Shown here: one piece after another, positions 1-13,025 of the stretch
How the letters are laid out: each line of letters begins with the position of its first letter
Position numbering within the stretch: the stretch's first letter is position 1
Assembly (NCBI GenBank): GCA_964016885.1
Contig: OZ024743.1
Coordinates: forward strand, 55,366,001-55,430,000
Direction: 5' to 3'
Length of the DNA: 64,000 nucleotides
Source: Eledone cirrhosa
Lineage: Eukaryota
Made by a program: the position numbers and the translations under genes
Notes under the pieces: generated by a model
Seen by the model: the letters and a program-made list of their open reading frames with translations, nothing else
Database searches by the model: none
What the model was told of the DNA's origin: nothing

Positions 1-235
1 TCACAGGGTTGGAGCTTTGAAAAGAGGGGCGGGCATTGACGTAAAGGAAATATAGAAAGGAGAAAGGGAGGGGGGATGAAAGAGACGACAGTGTGAGTGA
101 AAGTGATAAAGGGTTATGTGTGGTATAGTGTGGTTGGGGGTTGGCGGTGGATGCCTCGGTTGTCAGGAGTTCATTCCCGTTGTTTTTACGTCAACAGCAA
201 TAATCTTTCTTCCTCGACTGCACTAATGGACGTAC

Positions 236-400
236 GTGTGTGCCTGTATGTGTGTGTGTGTATGTGTGTGTGTGTGTGTACACGTGTATGTGTCTATGTG
301 TGCGTATGTATGTCTTTGGTTCTTTAATGTCTGTGTAGTCGCAACGACCATTTTATACACATGTATATATGCACACACATATATATGTACATATATATAC

Positions 401-484
<84 letters not shown>

Positions 485-732
485 ATATATGTGAGTGTGT
501 GCGTGTGTGTCTGTGTGTGTATAAAATATGTGTATATATTTATATATATGCATACATTTGTATGAATATATAAATATATGTATATACACACACACACATA
601 TGTATGTGTGTGTGTGTGTGTGTATATATATAAACACACACATATATATATGTGTGTGTGTTTATATATATATATATATATAGATATAGATATTTACACA
701 CACACACAAACACACACATATATATATATATA

Positions 733-819
<87 letters not shown>

Positions 820-836
820 GTATGTGTGTGTATATG
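236..836. repeat. Compound (TG)n/(TA)n/(CA)n microsatellite block
   Basis: Dinucleotide runs seen directly; the YIYI/CVCV ORFs are artefacts of these runs. Confidence 0.95.
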
Positions 837-926
837 GATAGAAAATAAAGTAGAATGGTGGATGAGGATGGCGAAATGGTCGTGTGGATAGGGTGAAGAT
901 AGCAGTGAAAGTGATGGGATGTAAAT

Positions 927-3900
927 TGTAGGGAGGGAGGGGTGGAGGGAGGAGTGGAGGGAGGAGTGTAGGGAGGAGTGTAGGGAGGGGTGTAGGGAGG
1001 AGTCTAGGGAGGAGTGTAGGGAGGGATGTAAGGAGGGGTGTAGGTGGGGGTGTAGGGAGGAGTCTAGGGAGGAGTGTAGGGAGGGATGTAGGGAGGGGTG
1101 TAGTGGGGGGTGTAGGGAGGAGTGTAGGGAGGTGTGTAGGGAGGGGTGTTGGGAGGGGTGTAGGGAGGTGTGTAGGGAGGAGTGTAGGGATTGGTGTTGG
1201 GAGGGGTGTAGGGAGGTGTGTAGGGAGGAGTGCAGGGAGGGGTGTAGGGAGGAGTGTAGGGAGGGGTGTAGGGAGGGGTGTTGGGAGGAGTGTAGGGAGG
1301 AGTGTAGGGAGGGGTGTTGGGAGGGGTGTAGGGAGGAGTGTAGGGAGGAGTGTAGGGAGGGGTGTAGGGAGGAGTGTAGGGAGGAGTGTAGGGAGGGGTG
1401 TAGGGAGGGGTGTAGGGAGGAGTGTAGGGAGGAGTGCAGGGAGGGGTGTTGGGAGGAGTGTAGGGAGGGGTGTAGGGAGGGGTGTAGGGAGGAGTGTAGG
1501 GAGGGGTGTAGGGAGGGGTGTAGGGAGGAGTGTTGGGAGGGGTGTAGGGAGGTGTAGGGAGGAGTGTAGGGAGAGGTGTAGGGAGGAGTATAGGGAGGGG
1601 TGTTGGGAGGGGTGTAGGGAGGTGTGTAGGGAGGAATGTAGGGAGGGGTGTTAGGAGGGGTGTAGGGAGGTGTGTAGGGAGGGGTGTAGGGTGGGGTGTA
1701 GGGAGAGTCTCTGGGAGGGGTGTAGGGAGGGGTGTAGGGAGGACTGTAGGGAGGAGTGTAGGGAGGGGGTGTTGGGAGGGTTGTAGGGAGGAGTGTAGGG
1801 AGGGGTGTAGGGAGGTGTGTAGGGAGGGGTGTAGGGAGGTGTGTAGGGAGGAGTGTAGGGTGGGGTGTAGGGAGGAGTCTAGGGAGGGGTGTAGGGAGGG
1901 GTGTAGGGAGGGGTGTAGGGAGGAGTGTAGGGAGGGGTGTTGGGAGGGGGTAGGGAGGAGTGTAGGGAGGGGTGTAGGGAGGTGTGTAGGGAGGAATGTA
2001 GGGAGGAGTGTAGGGAGGGGTGTAGGGAGGAGTGTAGGGAGGAGTGTAGGGAGGAGTGTAGGGAGGAGTGTAGGGAGGGGTGTAGGGAGGAGTGTAGGGA
2101 GGAGTGTAGGGAGGGGTGTAGGGAGGAGTGTAGGGAGGAATGTAGGGAGGGGTGTTGGGAGGGGTCTAGGGAGGTGTGTAGGGAGGAATATAGGGAGGGG
2201 TGTTGGGAGGGGTGTAGGGAGGTGTGTAGGGAGGAGTGTAGGGAGGGGTGTTGGGAGGGGTGTAGGGAGGAGTGTAGGGAGGAGTGTAGGGAGGGGTGTT
2301 GGGAGGGGTGTAGGGAGGAGTCTAGGGAGGTGTGTAGGGAGGAATATAGGGAGGGGTGTTGGGAGGGGTGTAGGGAGGGGTGTAGGGAGGAGTGTAGGGA
2401 GGAATGTAGGGAGGGGTGTTGGGAGGGGTGTAGGGAGGAGTGTAGGGAGGAGTGTAGGGAGGGGTGTAGGGAGGTGTGTAGGGAGGGGTGTAGGGAGGTG
2501 TGTAGGGAGGAGTGTAGGGTGGGGTGTAGGGAGGAGTCTAGGGAGGGGTGTAGGGAGGGGTGTAGGGAGGGGTGTAGGGAGGAGTGTAGGGAGGGGTGTT
2601 GGGAGGGGGTAGGGAGGAGTGTAGGGAGGGGTGTAGGGAGGTGTGTAGGGAGGAATGTAGGGAGGAGTGTAGGGAGGGGTGTAGGGAGGAGTGTAGGGAG
2701 GAGTGTAGGGAGGAGTGTAGGGAGGAGTGTAGGGAGGGGTGTAGGGAGGAGTGTAGGGAGGAGTGTAGGGAGGGGTGTAGGGAGGAGTGTAGGGAGGAAT
2801 GTAGGGAGGGGTGTTGGGAGGGGTCTAGGGAGGTGTGTAGGGAGGAATATAGGGAGGGGTGTTGGGAGGGGTGTAGGGAGGTGTGTAGGGAGGAGTGTAG
2901 GGAGGGGTGTTGGGAGGGGTGTAGGGAGGAGTGTAGGGAGGAGTGTAGGGAGGAGTGTAGGAAGGGAGGGGGGGGGGGGTGTAGGAAGGAGTGTAGGGAG
3001 GGGTGTTGGGAGGGGTGTTGGGAGGGGTGTAGGGAGGGGTGTTGGGAGGAGTGTAGGGAGGAGTGTAGGGAGGGGTGTAGGGAGGAATGTAGGGAGGGGT
3101 GTTGGGAGGGGGTAGGGAGGAGTGTAGGGAGATGTGTTGGGAGGGGTGTAGGGAGGAGTGTAGGGAGGAGTGTAGGGAGGGGTGTAGGGAGGAGTGTAGG
3201 GAGGAGTGTAGGGAGGGGTGTAGGGAGGAGTGTAGGGAGGAGTGTAGGGAGGGGTGTAGGGAGGAGTGTAGGGAGGAGTGTAGGGAGGGGTGTAGGGAGG
3301 AGTGTAGGGAGGAGTGTAGGGAGGGGTGTAGGGAGGAGTGTAGGGAGGTGTGTAGGGAGGAGTGCAGGGAGGGGTGTTGGGAGGAGTGTAGGGAGGGGTG
3401 TAGGGAGGGGTGTAGGGAGGAGTGTAGGGATGAGTGTAGGGAGGGGTGTTGGGAGGGGTGTAGGGAGGTGTGTAGGGGGAGTGTAGGGAGGGGTGTAGGG
3501 AGGAGTGTAGGAGGGGTGTAGGGAGGTGTGTAGGGAGGAGTGTAGGGAGGTGTGTAGGGAGGAGTTTAGGGAGGGTTGTTGGGAGGGGTGTAGGGAGGTG
3601 TGTAGGGAGGAGTGTAGGGAGGGGTGTTGGGAGGGGTGTAGGGAGGTGTGTAGGGAGGAGTGTAGGGAGGGGTGTTGGGAGGGGTGTAGGGAGGAGTGTA
3701 GGGAGGGGTGTAGGGAGGAGTGTAGGGAGGAGTGTAGGGAGGAGTGTAGGGAGGGGTGTTGGGAGGGGTGTAGGAAGGAATGTAGGAAGGGTGTAGGGAG
3801 GAGTGTAGGGAGGAGTGTAGGGAGGAGTGTAGGGAGGGGTGTTGGGAGGGGTGTAGGAAGGAATGTAGGAAGGGTGTAGGGAGGAGTGTAGGGAGGTGTG

Positions 3901-4478
3901 TAGGGAGGAGTGTAGGGAGGGATGTAGGGAGGAGTGTAGGTAGGGGTGTAGGGATGAGTCTAGGGAGGGGTGTAGGGAGGGGTATAGGGAGGAGTGTAGG
4001 GAGGGCTGTAGGGAGGGGGTGTAGGGAGGGGGTGTAGGGAGGGGGTGTAGGGAGGAGTGTAGGGAGGAGTGTAGGGAGGGGGTGTAGGGAGGGGTGTAGG
4101 GAGGGGTGTAGGGAGGAGTGTGGGTGGGGGTGTAGGGAGGGATGTAGGGAGGGGTGTAGGGAGGGGTGTAGGGAGGTGGGTAGGGTAGGGTTTAGGGTGG
4201 GGGTGTAGGGAGGTGTGTAGGGAGGGGTACAGGGAGGAGTGTAGGGAGGGGTGTATGGGGGTGTAGGGAGGAGTGTAGTGAGGGGTGTAGGGAGGAGTGT
4301 AGGGTGGGGTGTAGGGAGGAGTGTAGGGAGGGGTGTAGGGAGGGGTGTGGGGAGGGGTGTAGGGAGGTGTGTAGGGAGGAGTGTAGGGAGGTGTGTAGGG
4401 AGGAATGTGGGGGTGTATGGGGGGTGTTGGGAGGGGTGTAGGGAGGGGGGGATGTGGGGGTGTATGGAGGGGTGTTGG
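927..4478 (+). repeat. G-rich 12-bp minisatellite (GTAGGGAGGRGT)n, about 3.5 kb
   Basis: Tandem unit GTAGGGAGGAGT/GTAGGGAGGGGT with variants (GTTGGG, GGTGT, GGAAT). The GRSV/CREE ORFs are translations of the repeat. Confidence 0.97.
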
Positions 4479-4504
4479 CATTATGCCTAAATCAGAAACC
4501 ATTA

Positions 4505-4688
4505 TTGGCAGTATCGGTAGAGGGTTGGACGCCATGCTTTGAAGCATAGAGTTACCTCCCTTTATGGTCTGAGTTCAAATCCCGCCGGGGTAAACTTTGC
4601 CTTTCATCCTTACGGGGTCGATAAAATAAAGTACCAGTAATACACTGGAATAATTGCTGGCCTTGTGCCAAAATTAGAAACAATTATT
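4505..4688 (+). mobile_element. tRNA-derived SINE, family A
   Basis: A-box-like TGGCAGTATCGG, B-box GAGTTCAAATCC and central CCTTTCATCCTTACGGGGTCGATAAAATAAAGTACCAG, which resembles the Meta-type SINE domain from memory. Closely similar copies at 24455, 31453 and 58150. Confidence 0.85.
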
Positions 4689-4729
4689 TAGTAGATTATT
4701 TAGATCCTTAAACAATATATAGATTTATC

Positions 4730-4965
4730 CTCCTCCCTTCCTAAAGAGGTAAATCTCTCATCTGGGATGCGACAGGCTTTGACACGTTCTTCTCATCCAA
4801 CTTAGTCGCTTCGACAACAAACCCCGGTACCGTGGCTCGCAATACAGAAGACAGGAAACAAGCAAATACCGGAGCTTATCGGGCCATTTCTCCTTTGTAC
4901 CGGTCGCCGTCGAGACCTCAGGCGTCCTCTGACCTCGAACTCTGTTGATCTCCTCCGTAAAATCG
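4730..4965 (+). mobile_element. Degenerate CRE-clade non-LTR retrotransposon fragment (restriction-like endonuclease domain)
   Basis: Manual translation gives GKSLIWDATGFDTFFSSNL...PGTVAR, a frameshift, then KYRSLSGHFSFVPVAVETSGVL*PRT. This matches the CRE RLE motif GK.L.WD.T..DT...AE..K..KY...F.P.AVET.G and is homologous to 13765-14067. Confidence 0.7.
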
Positions 4966-5443
4966 CATCGATAGCAACCCTTCTGAAGAAATAGCCCCGC
5001 GATTAGGTGTAACTGTTTGCAGCGTGTCTTTGATCATTGTTCGCGGAAATGCCTTTGTCATTTTGACTGTGGGGGGGGGGGGGGGGGGGCTCATCTGAAA
5101 GTTCGTTCTAGCTTAAGTGGAGAATCTGTCAGTCTCACTACTTCCCCTTCTCTCTTCTTTTGTCTAGTAGTCCTTTCTCCCTCTCCCCCTCCCTCATTTA
5201 TAGCATTTATAGTACTTTCCAATACTGCTTTTTTTTCTGTATGTTAAACCAAATAAAGATTACACCATTTGTTACGTCTTCTGTTCTGTGTTCAAATTAC
5301 CCCGAGGTTGATAAAATAAAAATACCAGTAACGCACAGGGTGAAATTTAATCGATTTTATCTGCCCCTAAAATTGTCGGCAAAATGCCTAAATTGGAAAC
5401 CATTATCATCATCATCAACGCCATCATTTTCCTCTTCTTCTTC

Positions 5444-5567
5444 TTCTTCTTCTTCTTCTTCTTCTTCTTCTTCTTCTTCTTCTTCTTCTTCTTCTTCTTC
5501 TTCTTCTTCTTCTTCTTCTTCTTCTTCTTCTTCTTCTTCTTCTTCTTCTTCTTCTTCTTCTTCTTCT
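5444..5567. repeat. (TTC)n microsatellite
   Basis: Pure TTC run; (GGT)n, (GGA)n and (TA)n(GA)n runs follow up to about 6010. Confidence 0.95.
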
Positions 5568-5927
5568 ATTCCCTATATTCATCATTACTATTGTTGTTCT
5601 TGTTATAGTGGATTGGGTACCAGTGGTGGTGGTGGTGGTGGTGGTAGTGGTGGTAGTGGTGTGGGTGTAATATCAAAGTCTGGCAGGTCATGTCAGTTCG
5701 AATTAATGGCGTAGGTGGATGTATGGAATGGGATGAAGAAAGTGGGTGGAGTATAGGAGGTGGTGGAGGAGGAGGAGCATGAGGAGGAGGAGGAGGAGGA
5801 GGAGGAGGAGGAGGAGGAGGAGGAGGAGGAGGAGGAGAGTAAGAGGTGGAAGGTGAAGGTGGATTGGGCTTTGGGGTTTGAATTATAGAGAGGGAGAGGG
5901 CGATAACGGCATAAGAAGATAGAAGCT

Positions 5928-6012
<85 letters not shown>

Positions 6013-6137
6013 GAGAGAGAAATCGAGTGATAGAAAGATATAGATATAGAGAGAGGTAGAGAAGGAAAAGACAAGAGAGGGTAAAACTGATAGTTATAAA
6101 GCTGGAGTAGAATATTAGGTTAACTGTGAGAGTGAAG

Positions 6138-6203
<66 letters not shown>

Positions 6204-6204
6204 T
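6138..6204. repeat. (GATA)n microsatellite at the 3' flank of Tx1 copy 1
   Basis: Pure ATAG run abutting the element terminus. Confidence 0.95.
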
Positions 6205-6420
6205 ATTTCTTTATTTACCATAAAGGCATAAAAAGAAGGGACAAATACAAAGGGGGAGTTTACATAAAACTGAGTAAAAAGGGTATAAAATGAAAATAAT
6301 CAAAAACAACCTCAAAAGGGAGGGGACGTGATGGGGGTTGCACACACCCACGAAAAAGTGTGCAATCCTTTGCCCGGGGAGCACACAGAGAAGGTGCTCC
6401 CCGCCCCTTCATTTCTTTAC

Positions 6421-9398
6421 CTACAGGATGGTATACAGAGAAGGCCCATTTACACGAGCCATTCTCGCCACTATCACCCACCTTTCATAAAACTGCCTGT
6501 GGCCAAGCACCTCTCTCTCCATTCTTATCCTTCTTCCGAAGTGATATCGGAAGAAGTAGACCAGACTATGGCCAGAGAGGAAGTTGCCTGACCTCAGACC
6601 TTTCAATCGTGTCCACCAAACAACCTCTTTCAACATGGCTATTACGCACAGAAAAACCGCCTTTGCTTCCTTTGTGAAGAGGGAAGGCGGCTTGATTGTC
6701 AAAACGGACTCGGCGGTCAATCGAATCGGCGCCACCCGCGACAGCAGTCGTTCGGCGTAGCCCCACAGATCAGCCACGCCCGGACATTGCACCAATGCGT
6801 GCGCAACGGTTTCTTCGTGACGCACGCATCTAGGGCAAATCTTTTTCGAGGGATCCCTGCCCGGGCGCCCGTGTCTGTAGAGCTTTTCTCGAACGGTTAG
6901 AGCCCCCCGGTAGCACTGCCAGGCCAGTGACTTCTGGAAGTTGTCCATTGGTCCCGGGCCGAAAGTCCTACCGAACAGGCTGGCCAGTTGATCCTCTTCC
7001 ATGTCCAGCGACTCTCCAAGGGTGTCATCGCCCCTGCTAGCCACCAGCCCTCTATAGAATGACGAGGTGGATTCTCCACCGATGGCCGGGTCCGCTTGCC
7101 AGCAGATGGATCTTCTCACCATAGGAGGGCGCTTTTTCCAAAGAAATTGAAAGAGCATGCGTTCCATGGTGGTGAGTGTTTCCTTAGGGCAAGGCACGAC
7201 AGTCAGGCGGTAGTAAGTGAGGGACGCTATGTAAATGTTCGCCACCTCCGCCCGACCTTTCAGGGACAGCTTACACTTGGCCCATTTCTGGGTCAGTGCA
7301 AACACCTTGCTAGTAACCTCGCCCCAGTTCATTTACACCTGGAGGTCCGGTCCAAACCAGACCCCAAGCAACTTCACCGGGCCCTCCATCCAGTGTCCGA
7401 CGACACCGTCGGGAGGCATCGGTCTGCCTCTCCACGTTCCGAGTTGCAGCCCGATGGATTTTTCCCGGTTCAGTTTCGCTCCTGACAACCTTTCGTATTC
7501 CTCCAGTAGCCGTTCACCTTGATCCTAGAACAGATGTGGTTGCTATGTAAGGCAGTGATCCAGCCTCTGAAAACAGGACCGAACCCAGCCGCCGCTAGCA
7601 CCGCATCCAGGTAACCATGGTCGACCCTATGGAACGCCTTAGACTGATCCAAGTTGATCAGGGCCCCACCGAAGCCGGGTTTGTTGCCAATCCTCTCTAT
7701 GATGTATCGCATGAGGTGGAGGTTGTCGTGAATGGACCTGGATGGCATAGCACATGTCTGCGCATCTCCCACCAGGCTACCCACGACAAGCGCCAACCTC
7801 TTTGCTAACACCTTGGCCAAAATCTTTAACTCTGTGTTTAGCAGGGTTATGGGCCGAAAATTATTTATACTATCCCCCTTGTTCTCGTCCTTCCTCACCA
7901 GCGAGACTACGCCCTTGGCTACAGAACAAGGAATTCTCCCGTTCTGATGCCAATTGCAGTAGACTGCTTCGAGGAGTTCGGAGAAGAAGACCGGCATTGC
8001 CAAATAAAGTTCGTAAGGTATACCATCGCGTCCTGGAGATTTGCGTCTGCTGCATTGGCTCAGCGCATCCCCGATCTCATCAGCCGAGATTGGTCCCTCG
8101 CAGGACTCTGCCTCTTCGCTCGAGAGACGCGGCAGGCCGTCGAGGTATGGACCGAAATCCACGTCCCCACCCGGACCCCCGCCTCCCCCGAACAATCGGG
8201 CAAAGTGCCTTTGAAAGGCCTCGCACATCTGCTTAGGCTCCCCGATCATCCGTCCATCCTCGTCTTGCAAAGACCCGATGGTGGATCGATTTCAACTCTT
8301 AGCTTCTGTCACGCGGGCCCAGCCAACGGCTTTGGCCCCCTCATTACCTAGAGCACGTATTTTACTTCGAATGACGCAGCCTTCGTGCTTTGCATCGAAA
8401 AACTGGCTCAAGGCCGTCCTCGATGCCAGCACTCTGGCCACATCTTCGCTCTTGATTGCCTCTTCTAATTTACCTGTTAATTCTTTCTCGTTCCTATTCC
8501 TATCGTCAGCTAACATCTTACTATAACTTATTGATTCTGTTCTAATCTCTCTTTTGAGAGATGCCCACCATCGGTTGTTGACGATTGCACCCGTTAACCT
8601 CTCCTTAACTAATCTGCTAATCCGGTCTCTGTAAGCCTCTTTTGCCGGTAAAGACAAATTAAGTTTCCAGTAACCGGGACCCTGTCTATGTGTTCTCTCG
8701 AGGTTGACTACGCAGGTCACTAATTTGTGATCTGTATAGCCAACCGTGAGCATTTCTGGACAGCTTAATATGTCCCTATCCTTACTTCTAACTAAGAATC
8801 TATCTAAGTACGATCTAGATTGACCACTGTGGTTCGTCCAAGTCCACGTTGGCACAGTTGGCAAATCTAGTCGATATCTATCGATCAAGTTAAAAGTAAC
8901 CCTTTGAGGCTGTTACACCCCTCTATTAGGACTTGCTCCTGCATAGTCCCAACGTGCATCTAGGATGTCATTCCAGTCTCCCGCTAGAAGCAGAGAACGC
9001 GACGTTCCCAGAAAAGTCTCCAGACGCTGGAAGAAGTCGGGTCATTCAGCTCCGAAAGGGGAGTAGACGGCGACCAGTCTCAAGGCCGCACCTCCACTAC
9101 TGCCAACGTCTAGCACCAACAAACGACCTTCCGGGTCCGAGTGAACAACCTGTACGGCGAGACCCAGGTGTTTTTCCAGCAGTACGACAACCCCACCCCC
9201 ACCTCCAGGTTGACAGAGAGATGCGTGCACCTCAAAGTCATCGAAGGTAGAGGCCAGCTGCCACACGACGCTGATCCGAGTCTCACAGATAACCATTACA
9301 TTTATACCACGTGGCCTGAGGTCATTTAGAAGCTTTGCTTGCTTCCAAGTTGAGCCCAGGCCTCGTGCATTCAAACATCCTACTCTTAACACATCCAT
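6421..9398 (-). pseudogene. Tx1 ORF2 (APE endonuclease-RT-CCHC zinc finger), frameshifted with two internal deletions
   Basis: Pieces 9042-9398 (GCLNARGL, APE), 8292-8888 (SYLDRF, TDHK), 7470-8270 (FRPITLLN, LDQSKAF) and 6421-7332 (CPRC...HALVQC). The QGCPLS/YADD segment is missing. Confidence 0.9.
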
Positions 9399-9431
9399 GT
9401 GGGCGGCAAAGCCAAAGGAGAGTGTAGAGAC

Positions 9432-11331
9432 CTACCTTTCTGCTTCCCGGGGTTCGGGTCGCACGACTTCCATGGGGTCGGGGGTGTTGGGTGAAGGGGT
9501 GTCTTGTGGTGGTGTGGGGTCGTCAGTGTGTGGTGGGGTTGGGGTGTTTGGAGTTGTGTTGGGGAGGAGAAGGGGAGGGGGAAGGCTTTTTAGGAGGACA
9601 CGGTTTATGGGTTTGACAGAGGATGGTCCAACGTCCTCCTTAAAATCCTTTAGTTTTTGGTAGAGGTTCATTGGGATCTTTATTAATTTTAAATGTGGGT
9701 AGTTTTCTGAAGAAACAAAGTTTACCCCTTCGGTTTGTACCGTTGGGTTATTGTTTATGAGTTCATTTAATTTATTATTGTTTCTGTTGATTTAAGTATA
9801 GTGTAATGTATTTTTTTCGGATGGTGTGAGTGTTTCGAAGAGGGGAGGGGCAGGTTTGGTTTTGTTTGTTGCTGGAGGGGTATTTTGTGTTTTGTTGGAT
9901 TGTGTTGACATTTGGGTAGGGGCTGTTTGGCCTTGTGTGTTTTGCACATGTTTTCTTTTTTTCCTTTTAATCTGTCTGAAGGACTCCGTTTCTTCCTCCG
10001 AATTCGTTGGGTTATCTTCAGTGTTGGAGGGAAGAGGTATGTTTGCTGGTAATGTTTCCGTGTTGGTTTTCTTTGTGGAGGAGATGGATGTCACTATGTT
10101 AGACTGTGTTGTGTGTTGTGGCTGCGGTGGTTGTGTTGTTTTATTGAGTGGGGGGTTGGGTGGGACTGTGTTTTGTTTTTGAGTAATTTGTTGTGTCTGT
10201 TTGTGTTGTGGTGGTGGTGTAGTTTTACTGAGGGACGGGTTGGGTGGGACTGAGTTTTGTTGTTTGTTTATCTGTTGTGATGGTGGTGGAGCTGGTGTTG
10301 GTAGCAGGGTTTTCTTCTTGTTGAGTTGGGGACAAGCCGCCTTCAGGTGCCTTCTTCCTGCACAGATATGACAGGACGGCCTTCTCCCCTCCACGCTAAT
10401 GTTTATATACCTGTGGCCCTCTAATAGGATTCTGTCGGGTATTTGGGCAATGCGTTCAGGCTTCATCTGCACTACAAGTTCTATACCTGTTCCACTGAAC
10501 GCATTGCCTGTGGTTTTCCCAATGGAAATCACGTTGTCATTCGCTGGATCGATGAAGCCAGCTATGAGCCAGCAGTAGTCCATATCTAGCATCATCGCAT
10601 CCAGCCATATGCGCTGAGTTCTTTTACCCATATAAGATGGATAAAAGGTAAAATTTGTCGAACGAATCGGCGACAAGGCATATTTTTTTGCCGCTGATTC
10701 GTTCTTCATAATAATGGCTAGGCTTCCATACAGCCTGTCTCTTCTTAAGAAAGTGGCTTCATTAAGTACTTCTCTAAGTACTGCTTTAATTTCTGCTTGT
10801 GTTGGTTGTTGAGGTTTTTTTTAGATGTTGTTGATGGTGCGGAAAACGACCGTCCGACTTTCAATATCTTTGGTGAGTTCTTGGGGCATTTTTACCGATA
10901 AGGTTCCATTTTCCCCTTGAGTTATGAATTGTTTGGCGTTTTTTATTCTTTGTGCCACATCTGAAATATTTTCAGGTATATATGTTAAAGATTGTTTTGT
11001 TGTTTGTGCAATGAGATATTATTGGTGTTGACTTTGTCGTCTGTTTTGCTTTCTGTTATAATGATGTTTTCAAATGTTATTTTTGTGTTTGCTGTTTCTT
11101 TGTTTGTGGTATTAATATTGTCATGCAATTCTTTCAAATTTTTGTTGTTGTTGGAATCAATCTCCAGATTTGTGTTTTCGTCATTTTGCTCCGCACATTC
11201 GTCTGTTTTTATTTTATTTTTTCTTTCCTTCTCTATGACGTTAGTTGGGAAGGAAGGGGGGACTAAAGCGTGCGAGCTTACAACTCTTACCGCTGTCCCC
11301 CACCACTATATTCGTTAGCTTCGTTTAACAT
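9432..11331 (-). pseudogene. Tx1 ORF1 (zinc-knuckle nucleic-acid-binding protein), disrupted
   Basis: ORF 9792-10709 carries CHICAGRRHLKAAC (CX2CX4HX4C) and continues in frame after a premature TAA into 9432-9671. The N-terminus is frameshifted. The ATG at about 11331 aligns with the copy 3 start. Confidence 0.8.
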
Positions 11332-11572
11332 TTCTGCCAGACGATTGAAATTTTATACAACAAAATTTTTAAAAACAGGTTTTTCACCCCTGGGAGGGGC
11401 GAAAATGAGCTGACCCACCACCTGACAGTTCAGACGGGGGGGGGGGGGTCAAGCGACACAATAGTGTCAAAATTAAAATTAAACTTACAGAATTTCCGCA
11501 ATAAATTGGAACAAAACTTCTGCGCTAAGTGAATTACGTCTACGCTATCGAACAGACGACAGCTAGACCTTC

Positions 11573-11636
<64 letters not shown>
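11573..11636. repeat. (GATA)n microsatellite at the 5' flank of Tx1 copy 1
   Basis: Pure ATAG run. Confidence 0.95.
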
Positions 11637-11637
<1 letters not shown>

Positions 11638-12609
11638 GTTCAAAGAAAAAATAATTTCTAATTGAAGCACAAGGCCCACAATTTTGTGGGGAAGGAAGTT
11701 TAGAGGCTGGATTATCATCAATTATATTGATCCTCTAGTTTTAGACTGCTACTGTAATTTATCTATCTCGGGAGGGTGAAAGATCAAGTTGAGCACGGCT
11801 CTATTTGAACTCGGAATGTAAAGAGTCGGATCAAAATCCACCAAATTATTGATCTGCTTCTCTAACGAATCTGTCCATCAAATGTTCTGTACTACAGGTA
11901 CCGATGGTCGGTATACCTGAGCTGGGCAGTGGGATGAGTTACTACAAAATGACTCAAATAGGTTATGTTTATGACCTCTGTCGGCTAAACACCCTCCTAT
12001 GCGCCCCCGTCGTGACACAGGCTCCACCAAATTAGGTTGGTTGTGAAAGCGAGAGCTCGGCGCTATAACCGATGCAATGCTTGGATTGCACTATCCTAAA
12101 GTTCATATAATTGCTGCTGGGCACCAATTGTGAAGCCAATCGCCCGAAGAAACTCCACTGAAATGAACTTACACCATGAATTCCTTTGATGGAGCCGGCT
12201 CAACCTCTAACAGGTAAACGCCGCTACAAGTCAAAGTATAACAGACGATGACGATGGTGGTGCTGGTAGTGGCACTGGTGGTGGTGGTGCTGGTAGTGTT
12301 GATGGTGATGATGAAAATAACAATAATGATAATGATGATGACGAATCAGATGATGATGATGACAATGAATATGATAAGGATGTTAATGATGATGACGATG
12401 TTATGATGATGATGATGATGATGATGATGACGACGAAGAGGATTATAATGATGGCAGTTGATGATGATGATGATGGTGATGTTAATAGTGGTGGTGGTGG
12501 CGATTGTGGTGTTAGCTATAGGTTTGCGTTGCTGGATGTGTTGTAAGGGAATGATTGATGCTTTAGCATTTGTGTTTACATGATGGTCATAATACTTGGG
12601 GTGATGTGA

Positions 12610-13025
12610 TTAGGAGAGGGGCCTGGGTATTTAGGACCCTAGGCCTGCTCTACAATGTGTCCCCTCCTCCCAAATTGATTGGCAAACTGGGAAAACTAGT
12701 TTTTGACACTTCTTACTCTGACCACACAAAGAAAATTATAAAGCCAGCATTTTCCACTACACAGTCCACACTCACCCACGTCAAATCATGTGACGGGTTA
12801 TTACACCATGTAACCCTCTCCGCCGCTTTTGATATTAGCACAACGCTGCCACATGGCAAAGATGTTTAATGATTTATTTTACTGGTCGTAAGAAATTTAA
12901 ATATATTTAATTTAGTTATAGACATTTGTATAAAATTGTTATCCTTTATGTTTCGGTAAAGTATCTCTTCAAAGGCTGAGCCCTAAGCGGCTGCCTAGTT
13001 GGTTTTAATGGTAGCGCCACTCCTG
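12610..13025. mobile_element. Possible hAT-derived non-autonomous DNA transposon remnant
   Basis: Right end reads CAGGAGTGGCGCTACCATTA...ACTAGGCAGCCGCTTAGGGC on the minus strand, resembling hAT MITE termini. The left end is poorly defined. Confidence 0.35.

Larger units (their letters stand above)
6205..11572 (-). mobile_element. Tx1-clade LINE copy 1, near full-length, inactivated
   Basis: Minus-strand ORF pieces are homologous to ORF1 and ORF2 of the copy at 17143-22988. The 3' end AATAAAGAAAT is joined to (ATCT)n, and (ATCT)n also lies at the 5' end (11573-11636). Confidence 0.92.

Noticed and set aside
1103-4547. Long repetitive ORFs (GRSV/CREE/PPYT repeats) resembling structural or extensin-like proteins
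   Set aside because: They are translations of a 12-bp minisatellite open in several frames, with frameshifting indels and no unique coding flanks.
11890-12240. GC-balanced island before (GAT)n, possibly a LINE 3' end
   Set aside because: I could not assign a family or a reading frame with support.
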